Below, one piece after another: positions 21,601-29,853 of a DNA stretch of 64,000 bases. Source of the DNA: Nitrosopumilaceae archaeon (GTDB taxonomy: Archaea; Thermoproteota; Nitrososphaeria; Nitrososphaerales; Nitrosopumilaceae); contig OZ242376.1 in the NCBI GenBank assembly GCA_965209085.1, positions 128,001 to 192,000 on the forward strand, given 5' to 3'. The notes beneath the pieces were generated by a model that saw only the letters and a program-made list of their open reading frames with translations, was not told where the DNA came from and ran no database searches. How positions within the stretch are numbered: position 1 is the stretch's first letter; each line of letters starts with the position of its first letter. A program made the position numbers and the translations under genes.

Positions 21601-22071
21601 GGATATGATTTTACTCATGATACGTCTATCATTGCATCTTCTAAATCCCGTTCTGCATATGCAACTCTTACATCGGTACCTGCCAAACTGGATTTACAAA
21701 TAAAAAATGCTGAAATAATAAATGCAGTAGATCCAAACAAAACTGTTTCCAACATTGTCTCCACACATTTGGTTCCAGATATTATAGGAAACCTCAGAGC
21801 ATACAATAGTCAGATCTTTAGATGTACTAGCTGTGATAGAAAATACAGGCGGCCTCTACTTTCTAAAAAATGTGTATGTGGTAATACTCCAATAGGAACG
21901 ATAAGCAGAGCTGGCGTGGAAAAATATTTGGGATTTGCCATTAGATTGGTGGATAAATATGATGTAGGAATTTACCAACGTGGTAGAATACATACTTTGG
22001 CAGATGAGATTAAACTTGTTTTTGGTGAATCTTCAGGTGATCAATCACTTCTTTCAGATTTTGAAAATTAA
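18700..22071 (+). CDS. polC: DNA polymerase D large subunit DP2
   Basis: AGPMRSAGGT, GGFRLRYGR, RIGRPEKA, FKDGTIRYD, GLAPHTS, catalytic DGDAD, GGLMDAP; no intein apparent. Confidence 0.97.
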   Translation: MVATNAAIESIKTINAPDYYIKYYSDLAVQTEEIYEHMAKAKSVLTDITSSIEPKIAYDLADRVAKMHDIDDITEPIRSLLEDHGKESAAMILAKELALGKYQPKDTTLEDRLDLAVRVGLAIVTEGVTIAPLQGISEIQIRKNKDGSEYLSVSIAGPMRSAGGTESAVTMLIADSVRKTVGLGAYQANSFGDDETGRFVEELRTYERQASSFQFHVLDEDIVTVISHLPVEIDGPSTDPYDVINHKGMTRIKTDQVRGGALRVLNDGLIGRSKKLLKRIEKYDMDGWDWLKDLKGAVQSGDEEDASSKRMDEVIVGRSVLSTQYGSGGFRLRYGRACNTGFTAMGFHPAIPEILDHTITVGTQVKTDIPGKGAVVAMVDSIETPIVLLKNGDVIKIRDALHGKKVRNQIKKILYLGDVLISFGDFLENNAKMIPTGYVEEYWVEELRLKDKDLAIKYARTAPTLDNALDMCSKLGIALHPKYLHYWDQIDKNDLQNLLSPVESNPQKIVFEQNAKKVLEKIGIPHTISQSHIVLKDDDARILYHLLYKHSVSISEKDNVLETISKSSGITLRTKFSISVGIRIGRPEKAAPRNMKPAVHCLFPVEKTGGPTRDITKSAKRNDFYAKISDRVCQSCGKESLAIKCNNCGEKTFILYKCKRCNKTADESFCKDCNKPIYAYSNKKFPLKDFLITAQSTVNLRAKSPLKGVVDLISKEKIAEPLEKGLIRQYYDLTVFKDGTIRYDATNTPITHFRPKWIGTSIKHLKDLGYTKDYKGKDLISDDQTVEIRIQDVIIPLDCAKHLINISKYVDMELEKIYDMSHFYNISTPEDLLGHLVIGLAPHTSVGITARIIGFTDTQTCFGTPNWHSAKRRDADGDADSIMLYADALLNFSRKFLSDKIGGLMDAPLLIQPLVLPHESQPQAHNLEVVEKFPIEFYKTTELMPKASDVKSVTMVKDRLGKREMYYGYDFTHDTSIIASSKSRSAYATLTSVPAKLDLQIKNAEIINAVDPNKTVSNIVSTHLVPDIIGNLRAYNSQIFRCTSCDRKYRRPLLSKKCVCGNTPIGTISRAGVEKYLGFAIRLVDKYDVGIYQRGRIHTLADEIKLVFGESSGDQSLLSDFEN

Positions 22072-22074
22072 TCT

Positions 22075-23400
22075 TTAACGCAATCGAATATATTCATATC
22101 CTCCAGTTTTTTGATCAAAACAATATTTTACCTTTTGATAATCACGTCTAAATGATTTTACTTGGCGAAGTATTTTCTTTGGATCTGCATTATGTATTAT
22201 AATTTTTGCTAGAAATGAAGCAATCTCGATCATCTCAGATTCTTTCATACCAAGCCTTGTAATCTCTGCGACACCCAGTCGTATACCGCTGGGGTGAAAG
22301 TAATTGCGTCCTGCCTTGATGTCTCCTGGTATAAGTTGCCTATTTACTATAATGTTGGATTTTTCAAGTATGTGCTCTGCTTTCCCGCCATCTGAATATT
22401 CTAATACGTTTACAGCTATCTGGTGTGATTTTGTAAATCCTTTAGATTCGCCTAAAACCTTGAAACCTTGACTGCTCATTTCCTGTGCTAGAGCCTTTGC
22501 ATTTTTGATTACTTGTTTTGCATAACCTTTACCAAATTCTAACGCTTCTGTAAATGCCACTGCTTTTGCTGCCATGTGGTGTATGTGATGATTACTTGTA
22601 AGACCGGGGAACGTAGCTTTTTTAATTATTTCTGAATGTACATTTTTTGCCAAAACCAATCCGCCCTGTGGACCAAAAAGTGTTTTATGAGTGCTCATTG
22701 TTAACGTATCGGCACCTTCTCTTATTGGATCCTGAAATTCTTTACCAGCTATCAAACCCGCCACGTGAGCTGCATCATAATTTATGTGCATATCATATCC
22801 CTTTAGAAAATCTGCTAGTTCTTTTACGGGATGCGGAAATAAAAATAGTGAACCGCCAAACATGGCCATTTTTGGAAGTCGTCCTTCTTTTTTCAGAGTT
22901 TTTACTTTTTGTTTGGTTTTATCAACATCTATTGTCATCTCTTGTGCGTCAAACGGATAATACTCTATGTCAAGACCGTGCACTAGTCCTGCGGTTCCAA
23001 AATGCTCTTTTTTTCCGTGTGATATGTGACCACCTGCAGGTATGGATGCAGTAAGCATTATGTCTCCGGGATTTGTAAATCCTGAATATACTACAAGATT
23101 TGCAACCACGCCGGATATTGGTCTTACATCGGCAAATTCTGCACGAAAAAGTTTTTTTGCAAGCCTTATGCACTCAAACTCAACTTTATCTATATAGGTA
23201 CATCCTGCATAGACGCGTTCACCTGGCCAGCCTTCTGCATATCGGTTACCAAAATCGGATATCAACGCTTCTCTTACTGCTGGACTAGGCACATTTTCAC
23301 TAGCGATCAGTGGAATAGATTCAGAAAACCATTTGTTATGATCCTTTAACATTGAAAATATCTCAGAGTATGATCGCTTGTTCGCAGATTTTGTACTCAT
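22075..23400 (-). CDS. glyA: Serine hydroxymethyltransferase
   Basis: LIASEN, RYAEGWPG, GGHISH, YDAAH, STHKTLFGPQGG. Confidence 0.97.
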   Translation of the reverse strand: MSTKSANKRSYSEIFSMLKDHNKWFSESIPLIASENVPSPAVREALISDFGNRYAEGWPGERVYAGCTYIDKVEFECIRLAKKLFRAEFADVRPISGVVANLVVYSGFTNPGDIMLTASIPAGGHISHGKKEHFGTAGLVHGLDIEYYPFDAQEMTIDVDKTKQKVKTLKKEGRLPKMAMFGGSLFLFPHPVKELADFLKGYDMHINYDAAHVAGLIAGKEFQDPIREGADTLTMSTHKTLFGPQGGLVLAKNVHSEIIKKATFPGLTSNHHIHHMAAKAVAFTEALEFGKGYAKQVIKNAKALAQEMSSQGFKVLGESKGFTKSHQIAVNVLEYSDGGKAEHILEKSNIIVNRQLIPGDIKAGRNYFHPSGIRLGVAEITRLGMKESEMIEIASFLAKIIIHNADPKKILRQVKSFRRDYQKVKYCFDQKTGGYEYIRLR

Positions 23401-23506
23401 TCATTCTACATGATATAAGCTGATTTAAAACTCCTACCAATAATCACGATAAATCATGTCTCAAATTGAGCAACTGGGCAAAATATCAAGGATCGGACAA
23501 ATATTG

Positions 23507-23587
23507 GTATGAGGTCACATCATGCCTAGAATTTACGCAATAAATGAAGATGTAGGCACAAAATAGCACGAGGTGCTGACCTCATAC
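23507..23587. mobile_element. 81-bp MITE family A, intact copy
   Basis: TIR GTATGAGGTCA/TGACCTCATAC; perfect 8-bp TSD AAATATTG (23499-23506, 23588-23595). Confidence 0.92.
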
Positions 23588-23635
23588 AAATATTGATAAA
23601 AAACGTATAATAAGGCTATTTACCTACCTGTAAAT

Positions 23636-25315
23636 ATGAGTAATGTCCATGCAACTAAGTCAAATATGCCTGTAATCTTGCTTAAAGATGGTACAAATGA
23701 GATCAAAGGCCGTGAAGCCCAAAGAAACAACATTGCCGCATCTAGAATAATCTCCGATATTGTAAAAACCAGCTTGGGTCCTAAAGGGATGGACAAAATG
23801 CTGGTAGATTCTCTCGGTGATGTGACAATCACAAACGACGGGGCCACAATTCTTAAAGAAATAGATGTTCAGCATCCTGCAGCAAAAATGTTAGTTGAAA
23901 TTGCAAAAACCACGGATAACGAGGTAGGTGATGGTACTACTTCTGCGGTGGTTCTTGCTGGAGCATTATTAAACAACGCCGAATCTTTGATAATAAAAAA
24001 TGTACATCCTACCATTATTGTAGATGGCTACAGAAAAGCAGCTAAAAAAGTCAAACAATATCTTCAAGATATATCTGAAACCGTGACGGCAAATGATACG
24101 ATAATTCTCACAAAAATTGCCAAAACATCAATGCAGACAAAATTGGTTCAAAAAGATTCGGATATGCTGGCAGAAATTATAGTAAAAGCAATTATTTCCG
24201 TATCTGACAAAGTGGCGGATAAATTCGTAGTTGACATTGATGATATCAAAGTAGAGAAAAAAGCCGGAGGTTCAATAAAAGATTCTCATTTGATACAGGG
24301 AATAATTTTGGACAAAGAAATTGTTCACGGAGGAATGCCTAAAAAAATAACAGGAGCAAAAATAGCTCTAATTAATACTGCTTTGGAAATAAACAAAACT
24401 GAAACAGATGCAAAGATAAACATCACAAACCCACAACAAATACAATCTTTTCTTGAAGAAGAAAATCGTATGCTCAAAAACATGGTGGACAAAGTTATCG
24501 GTTCGGGTGCTAATGTTGTATTGTGTCAAAAAGGCATTGATGATATGGCACAACATTATCTGGCCAAAGCCAACATAATGGCATTAAGACGTATTAAAGA
24601 AAGTGATCTGACAAAACTTGCTAGAGCTACAGGTGCTCGCATAGTTACAAATTTGGACGATCTGTTTGAAAAAGATTTGGGAACCTCCGAAATTGTAGAA
24701 GAACGAAAGATCGAAGAAGATCGTTGGGTCTTTGTTGAAGGCTGCAAACAACCAAAATCCGTCACGTTGCTACTTAGGGCAGGTTCACAAAAAGTAGTAG
24801 ATGAAGTGGAAAGATCTGCCCATGACTCACTAATGGTGGTAAAAGATGTCATGGAATCACCGTTTATCGTGGCAGGAGGAGGAGCTCCGGAAATATATGC
24901 TTCATCAAAACTACGTAACTGGGCCAAATCACTTGAAGGCAGAGAACAGCTGGCAGTGGAAAAATTTGCCGATTCCCTTGAAGTAATTCCATTGGTTTTG
25001 GCTGAAAGTGCAGGACTTGATCCGATAGATACGATAACATCCCTTAGATCAAACCAACAAAAAGGAGAAAAATGGATTGGAATAGATGTTATGAATGGAA
25101 AAATTGGCAACATGAGTAACAGTAGCATAATTGAACCCCTAGCTGTAAAACACCAAATTGTTTCAGTAGCTGCAGAAGCTGCATGTATGATTCTCCGTAT
25201 AGACGATGTTGTCGCCACCGCAAAATCAGCTGGACCCCCTCCTTCTCCTGGAGCCGAAGGCGGAATGCCTCCTGGTATGGGAGGAATGCCTGACATGGGC
25301 GGCATGGGAATGTAA
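23636..25315 (+). CDS. Thermosome (group II chaperonin) subunit
   Basis: LGPKGMDKM, TNDGATIL, GDGTTS, GGM-rich C-terminus. Confidence 0.97.
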   Translation: MSNVHATKSNMPVILLKDGTNEIKGREAQRNNIAASRIISDIVKTSLGPKGMDKMLVDSLGDVTITNDGATILKEIDVQHPAAKMLVEIAKTTDNEVGDGTTSAVVLAGALLNNAESLIIKNVHPTIIVDGYRKAAKKVKQYLQDISETVTANDTIILTKIAKTSMQTKLVQKDSDMLAEIIVKAIISVSDKVADKFVVDIDDIKVEKKAGGSIKDSHLIQGIILDKEIVHGGMPKKITGAKIALINTALEINKTETDAKINITNPQQIQSFLEEENRMLKNMVDKVIGSGANVVLCQKGIDDMAQHYLAKANIMALRRIKESDLTKLARATGARIVTNLDDLFEKDLGTSEIVEERKIEEDRWVFVEGCKQPKSVTLLLRAGSQKVVDEVERSAHDSLMVVKDVMESPFIVAGGGAPEIYASSKLRNWAKSLEGREQLAVEKFADSLEVIPLVLAESAGLDPIDTITSLRSNQQKGEKWIGIDVMNGKIGNMSNSSIIEPLAVKHQIVSVAAEAACMILRIDDVVATAKSAGPPPSPGAEGGMPPGMGGMPDMGGMGM

Positions 25316-25366
25316 TGTTGTTAGATAACACTCAAAGTTTATTTGTTAATTAAAAAATGATACACC

Positions 25367-25645
25367 ATGATTGAATCTGAACGCATAAAAAAATTTGTCA
25401 CGTATGCATATCTGCTGGCGTTCTTTGCTTTCGTTGCGGGAGTTTTTAACCCACTAACCAATCCAAACGCAGATTCAGTAGCAGTTTTAATCGGTGTGGC
25501 AGTATTGATAGTGGGTCTTGTAGGAGGAATACAGCTGTATCAAGCTGTAACTATGGAACAAAACCGTATGATTCGACTCATTGGAGGATTTGGACTCATT
25601 GGAGGATCCCTTTGGGGTATATTCTGGGTAATAAACCCAAATTGA
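25367..25645 (+). CDS. Small 3-TM membrane protein
   Basis: Three hydrophobic segments. Confidence 0.65.
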   Translation: MIESERIKKFVTYAYLLAFFAFVAGVFNPLTNPNADSVAVLIGVAVLIVGLVGGIQLYQAVTMEQNRMIRLIGGFGLIGGSLWGIFWVINPN

Positions 25646-25646
25646 A

Positions 25647-27107
25647 TTACACGTCAAAATAGAGATAAAATTCATGTGGGTGAGGTCTGATTGATATTTC
25701 CTTTTGATCTTTGCGTTCTAGATCTATCACTTTGTCTAATACCTCGTTGGATATGACTGGCTTTAGAAATTTACGATCACTTTCAAGCTCGTCTAGTGCT
25801 TCACCAAGGTTGGCAGGTAATATTTCAATATTGCGTTTTTCTCTCTCATTTTTACTCATCTTGAATATGTCCTCCTGTACGGGTTCTTTCGGATCCATCT
25901 TTTTCCTAATTCCATCAAGTCCTGCAGCTAGAACCGCAGCGAATACAAGATATGGATTTGCTGAGGGGTCTGGAGCTCTAAACTCTAGTCTCTTTAGATA
26001 TGCGTACCCTTTTCCTTTGAAGTGTCTTGGTACACGCACAATTGCAGAACGATTACTGCCGCTCCATGCTATGTAAACCGGAGCCTCATATCCTGGCACT
26101 AGTCTGTGATATGAATTTGTAGTGGGATTGCTGATTGCACACAAAGCTTTTGCATGATCTAGTATGCCTCCACAAAAATACAGCCCAATCTGACTCAGTT
26201 CCATACTTGCATCTATATCAAAGAACGCGTTGGCATCATTCTTCCAAAGACTTACGTTTGTATGCATGCCGGAACCAGAATCCATTGATATGGGTTTTGG
26301 CATCATGGTGGCAATTTTGTTGAATTTTTTTGCAACATTTCGGATTACAAATTTGTAGGATTGTGTTGCATCTGCAGCATTGGTAAGTCCGTCATATCTT
26401 ATGTCAATTTCACATTGTCCGGCAGTAGCTACCTCGTGATGATGATTGTCACATAAAATACCAAAATTTTCATTTAAAATGTTTACACATTCATTTCTAA
26501 ACGGAGTTAGTGTATCAGAAGGAGTGCTTGGATAATATCCTTCCTGCAGACCCATGGGATATCCATTGCCTTCTTGACTCCACGGTGCTTCTACGGATTC
26601 TATCGAATACGACTGTCCTTTGTAAGGAGTAAGTACGTCCCAATGTACCTTGTCGAAAACAAAAAATTCAACTTCTGGTCCCCAGTTACTTGTATCAAAA
26701 CCTTCTTCTTGCACATATTTTTCAGCTCTTTGTGCAACTCCTCTAGGATCATTTTGTAATCTACCTCTGTCCTCTCCCCAGTATACATCGCATAACAATC
26801 TTGCCGTTTTGTTTTCTGTTAGCCAAGGAATAATTGCAAATGTGTTTGGATCCGGTTTTAGTATCAAATCCGAATCATGTATACTGGTAAATCCAACTAT
26901 GGATGAACCGTCAAGCTTTGGCAAACCATCCTTCATTTGTTCTGGAGTAAACGTATTTGCAGAGATCGTCGTATGGTGAAAACGCCCCGTAAGACTCGTA
27001 AACTGTAGATCGACAAATTTTATGTTTTCATGCTGGATTGCCGCAAATACCTCATCTGATGAGTACTTTATTGGTACCACTTTTCCGTGATTTACTCTAT
27101 AAGGCAT
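25647..27107 (-). CDS. glnA: Glutamine synthetase type I
   Basis: DGSSI, GPEVEF, HHHEV, TMMPKP, GSGMH, RLVPGYEAP, NRSAIVRVP, EFRAPDPSANPY. Confidence 0.97.
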   Translation of the reverse strand: MPYRVNHGKVVPIKYSSDEVFAAIQHENIKFVDLQFTSLTGRFHHTTISANTFTPEQMKDGLPKLDGSSIVGFTSIHDSDLILKPDPNTFAIIPWLTENKTARLLCDVYWGEDRGRLQNDPRGVAQRAEKYVQEEGFDTSNWGPEVEFFVFDKVHWDVLTPYKGQSYSIESVEAPWSQEGNGYPMGLQEGYYPSTPSDTLTPFRNECVNILNENFGILCDNHHHEVATAGQCEIDIRYDGLTNAADATQSYKFVIRNVAKKFNKIATMMPKPISMDSGSGMHTNVSLWKNDANAFFDIDASMELSQIGLYFCGGILDHAKALCAISNPTTNSYHRLVPGYEAPVYIAWSGSNRSAIVRVPRHFKGKGYAYLKRLEFRAPDPSANPYLVFAAVLAAGLDGIRKKMDPKEPVQEDIFKMSKNEREKRNIEILPANLGEALDELESDRKFLKPVISNEVLDKVIDLERKDQKEISIRPHPHEFYLYFDV

Positions 27108-27154
27108 ACGTATCTTTATTCAATAATATATGGCTATAATTTAAGGATTAACTG

Positions 27155-27721
27155 ATGGCAGACACAAAAATCACCATAAACTCGATCTATATGACTTTAC
27201 AGCGTGAGGCTGAGAATGATTCTATTCAGGAGCTTCCACGTAATTATTACCAGTCAGCATCAACGGTTTTAGGAACCATGGCGAAGGAAAAATATGATGG
27301 CATAGAAGGGATATTGAATACACGGTTTTTCACTATCGCATCAGAACTTGCAGCATTACTTTTGCACATAAGACTTGAAAAAGTATTAAACGATCCAAAT
27401 ACCGATAAAATAAATCTCTTAGACGTGGAAAAATTTATTCTAGATTCCAATACGGACATGAATGCCAAAAAAAACATGATTATAACTGGAGTGTTACATG
27501 GCAAATTCAAACTTCTTGAATCAATTGCCACTGCTCAGAAAACCAAACCCATGTTAATACGGTTTCTGCAGGATTCAGAACAAATTATTGGAGCAGACAT
27601 GGCAAAATACGGGCCGTTTAAGGCAGAAGATGTAGCTTCAGTTCCATATGATAACGCACAAGCATTTATTGGTCAAAAAATTGCTTCAAAAGTCATTATT
27701 GATGAAGACCAATCGAGCTGA
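27155..27721 (+). CDS. GINS complex subunit (Gins51/Gins15-like)
   Basis: IQELPRNYY, IRLEKV, C-terminal IIGADMAKYGPFKAEDVASVP B-domain. Confidence 0.8.
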   Translation: MADTKITINSIYMTLQREAENDSIQELPRNYYQSASTVLGTMAKEKYDGIEGILNTRFFTIASELAALLLHIRLEKVLNDPNTDKINLLDVEKFILDSNTDMNAKKNMIITGVLHGKFKLLESIATAQKTKPMLIRFLQDSEQIIGADMAKYGPFKAEDVASVPYDNAQAFIGQKIASKVIIDEDQSS

Positions 27722-27736
27722 TGTTGCATATCTCAC

Positions 27737-28003
27737 ATTGACGTAGATGTAATTGATTTTCTTTTAATCACGATATATCCGGTCGCAGGTCTTCTTGGAA
27801 TTGAAATAATTTTTAGAATTGTAAAAGGATCTCAGTGGTTAAAATTATCAATACAAGGATTGCTCTCACTTGCTTTTGCAATTGCATATGTAGTTTTGAT
27901 TACAGCACATTGGCTCACAGCAATAGTTTTAATTGCGCTGGCTATAGCATTATTTTATCAGTCAAAAAGATCCTTGTTGCATCCTGGCAAATCTCCTTAC
28001 TAG
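27737..28003 (+). CDS. Small 3-TM membrane protein without canonical start codon
   Basis: Open frame (IDVDVIDFLLITIYPVAGLLGIE...AHWLTAIVLIALAIALFYQ...PY*) with no ATG/GTG/TTG before the first TM; start uncertain. Confidence 0.5.
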   Translation: MDVDVIDFLLITIYPVAGLLGIEIIFRIVKGSQWLKLSIQGLLSLAFAIAYVVLITAHWLTAIVLIALAIALFYQSKRSLLHPGKSPY

Positions 28004-28218
28004 TTGCGGCCAAAAATTCTACTCAAAAATCCTTTTTTTGGACCGCCGTCTCGAATTATTTTTTTTCCACCAAACTTTTTTGATCTGATTTGTGTTAATT
28101 TCACACAACGGTGATCCTCTGGCAACCTATGTTCTGTACAAAAGGGATCTTTACAGTAATTACACTCAAATGGCATATCGATCATATCTCCACAATACGC
28201 ACACGGTTTTTCAAGCAT
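28000..28218 (-). CDS. AN1-type zinc finger protein
   Basis: CxxC...CxxC...FCxxHRLPEDHxC. Confidence 0.88.
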   Translation of the reverse strand: MLEKPCAYCGDMIDMPFECNYCKDPFCTEHRLPEDHRCVKLTQIRSKKFGGKKIIRDGGPKKGFLSRIFGRN

Positions 28219-28327
28219 ATGGTTTCATTTGAATAATCTGCCTATTAAACATCTAGACCATTTTGACGTATGAGGTCACGTCATGCCTAGAATTTATGCA
28301 ATAAATAGACCGTATCCATGTGAATAC

Positions 28328-28343
28328 TTTTTAAAGGTTTCTT
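28328..28343 (-). promoter_or_regulatory. TATA box (TTTAAAAA) plus purine-rich BRE-like sequence, positioned for the recombinase only after circularisation
   Basis: In the joined-end circle the box lies at -30 to -23 from the GTG at 29640. Confidence 0.6.
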
Positions 28344-28518
28344 GCTTTTTTGTGTCATGCGGTATGGCTTTCGCTATGTGTCTGGTTCCAACCAAAAGAT
28401 AAAAGACATCTATCCATTCGGGATTTAATCCCACAACCATCTTCATCTACATGTTAAAGCTTACCGCAGTTATGCAGCCGGGGTAACATCCCCAAAGTCT
28501 AACCCGCGGTTTGTTGCT
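28340..28518 (-). ncRNA. Putative bridge/seek RNA with target- and donor-binding loops
   Basis: Hairpin 1 (28463-28510) loops UUAGACUU and UGCAUA match the MITE-B terminus; hairpin 2 (28397-28448) loops AUGGUUGU and AUGGAUA match the IS circle junction ATGGT-TAT-CCAT; transcript ends are estimates. Confidence 0.8.
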
Positions 28519-29640
28519 TTAACGATGATGTATTTCAAATTCACTCCTATCCTTTAGCATACGAAATATGATATCCAGCATCTTGGCCGCTGCTGCAACT
28601 TTGGCCTTGGATGATCCTCTCTTTTTTGCAAGACGCCGGTAAAATTCAGAAATGTTACTCTCTGATGCAAATCGGACATGTGTGGTAACAGCTTCCACCA
28701 ATGCCCACCGCATCATCCTGCTGCCTCTTTTTGTTATATGTCCGTGATGGACCACATCTGCTGAATTACGAACCGATGGGGCAAGACCCGCATATGATTT
28801 GAGTTGTTTTGGTTCAGAAAATCTCTCAACTCCATCAATCTCTGCTGCCAGTATCAATGAAATAAAATCACCTATGCCAGGTATTATCTTGAGCAACATT
28901 GCATCCTTGTTTGAACAGGATGCGTTGTGTACCTTTATGTTTGAGTCTGCAATTTTTGTATTAACGAATCCAATAGAATCCAAATATCCGTTTATACGGT
29001 AATCCTTTAGAGAACGCAGTTTTCTATTGTATGTAAGCGTAAATGTTGCTCCAAAGATCTTTATCCCTCCCTGTAATAAAATTCCATGTATTTTGTTTTT
29101 TAGAGTTGTCCTTGTCTTGACAAGACTGTCGCGATATCGTACAAGTTGCCGTTGTTCCACTATGTCCTTGTTTGAGACATGACAGAGGGATATGTATCCG
29201 CATCGTAACAGATCTGCAAGTGTTACAGCATCCCTCTTGTCGGTCTTTTTCTTGGATGCGGCGATGATTTTTGTCGCCCATGGATTTGACAATACGACAT
29301 TATAACCCATTTTATCTGTCATGTATCGATATAGACCGTACCATACGGATGAAGATTCCATTACGATTTTTGCATTTTCAGGTACGCTTGATCTGAAGAA
29401 TCGACTGATGGACTTGTTTTCATTTTCAATCCTCTCATTAAAAATCACTTTGGCTTTTTTATCCATCATTGCAACTTGAAGAAATTTCTTGTGAACGTCC
29501 ATTCCAACAAACATATTCTTCCCAGAATATGTGGTAATCTGTTTGTTTGCATTTGGATCTTTTTTAGATGATTTACGTTTCGGTGATACGGATCGTTTGA
29601 CATTCTTACAACCATCTGTGGTCTTAGAAGCTCTCTTCAC
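28519..29640 (-). CDS. IS110-family DEDD transposase/recombinase
   Basis: GMDVHK, VMESS, KTDKRDA (DEDD); IPGIG, YAGLAPSVRNSA (catalytic Ser region), TKRGSRMMRWAL; alternative start ATG 29514. Confidence 0.96.
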   Translation of the reverse strand: MKRASKTTDGCKNVKRSVSPKRKSSKKDPNANKQITTYSGKNMFVGMDVHKKFLQVAMMDKKAKVIFNERIENENKSISRFFRSSVPENAKIVMESSSVWYGLYRYMTDKMGYNVVLSNPWATKIIAASKKKTDKRDAVTLADLLRCGYISLCHVSNKDIVEQRQLVRYRDSLVKTRTTLKNKIHGILLQGGIKIFGATFTLTYNRKLRSLKDYRINGYLDSIGFVNTKIADSNIKVHNASCSNKDAMLLKIIPGIGDFISLILAAEIDGVERFSEPKQLKSYAGLAPSVRNSADVVHHGHITKRGSRMMRWALVEAVTTHVRFASESNISEFYRRLAKKRGSSKAKVAAAAKMLDIIFRMLKDRSEFEIHHR

Positions 29641-29772
29641 ATATGGTTATGCATAATCGTTCAAATTGGTCATTTTTATTCGTAAAAATTGTGAATTTGA
29701 CCCATTATGCATGAAGTCTAATGAAGATGTATGCATAAAATAACACGAGGTACTGACCTCATACATTTTGAC

Positions 29773-29853
29773 ACGTAAGTTTATGCTGTGCCTATAATTT
29801 ACACGAAAAATCAAGATCTAGGCACAAAATAAGACTGGGCGTTGACCTCATAC
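29773..29853. mobile_element. Older degenerate MITE family A copy in tandem
   Basis: 81 bp, intact right TIR TGACCTCATAC, internal tgccta/taggca; flanks ATTTTGAC/ATTTTGAT. Confidence 0.8.

Larger units (their letters stand above)
28313..29650 (-). mobile_element. IS110-family insertion sequence, IS1111-type layout
   Basis: Bounded by core TAT (28313-28315, 29648-29650); sub-terminal IR ATGTGAA (28318-28324)/TTCACAT (29636-29642); very short upstream end and ~200-nt downstream non-coding end. Confidence 0.9.
28307..29719. mobile_element. MITE family B copy split by IS110 (halves 28307-28315 and 29651-29719)
   Basis: Halves rejoin to 78 bp, reverse complement of 32016-32093; TSD AAT at 28304-28306 and 29720-29722. 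Confidence 0.9.
28268..29764. mobile_element. MITE family A copy split by nested insertions (halves 28268-28306 and 29723-29764)
   Basis: Halves rejoin to 81 bp matching 23507-23587; 8-bp TSD ATTTTGAC at 28260-28267 and 29765-29772. Confidence 0.92.

Noticed and set aside
18700-22071. Inteins in PolD DP2 (and AtpA)
   Set aside because: Lengths are normal and no intein motifs are seen
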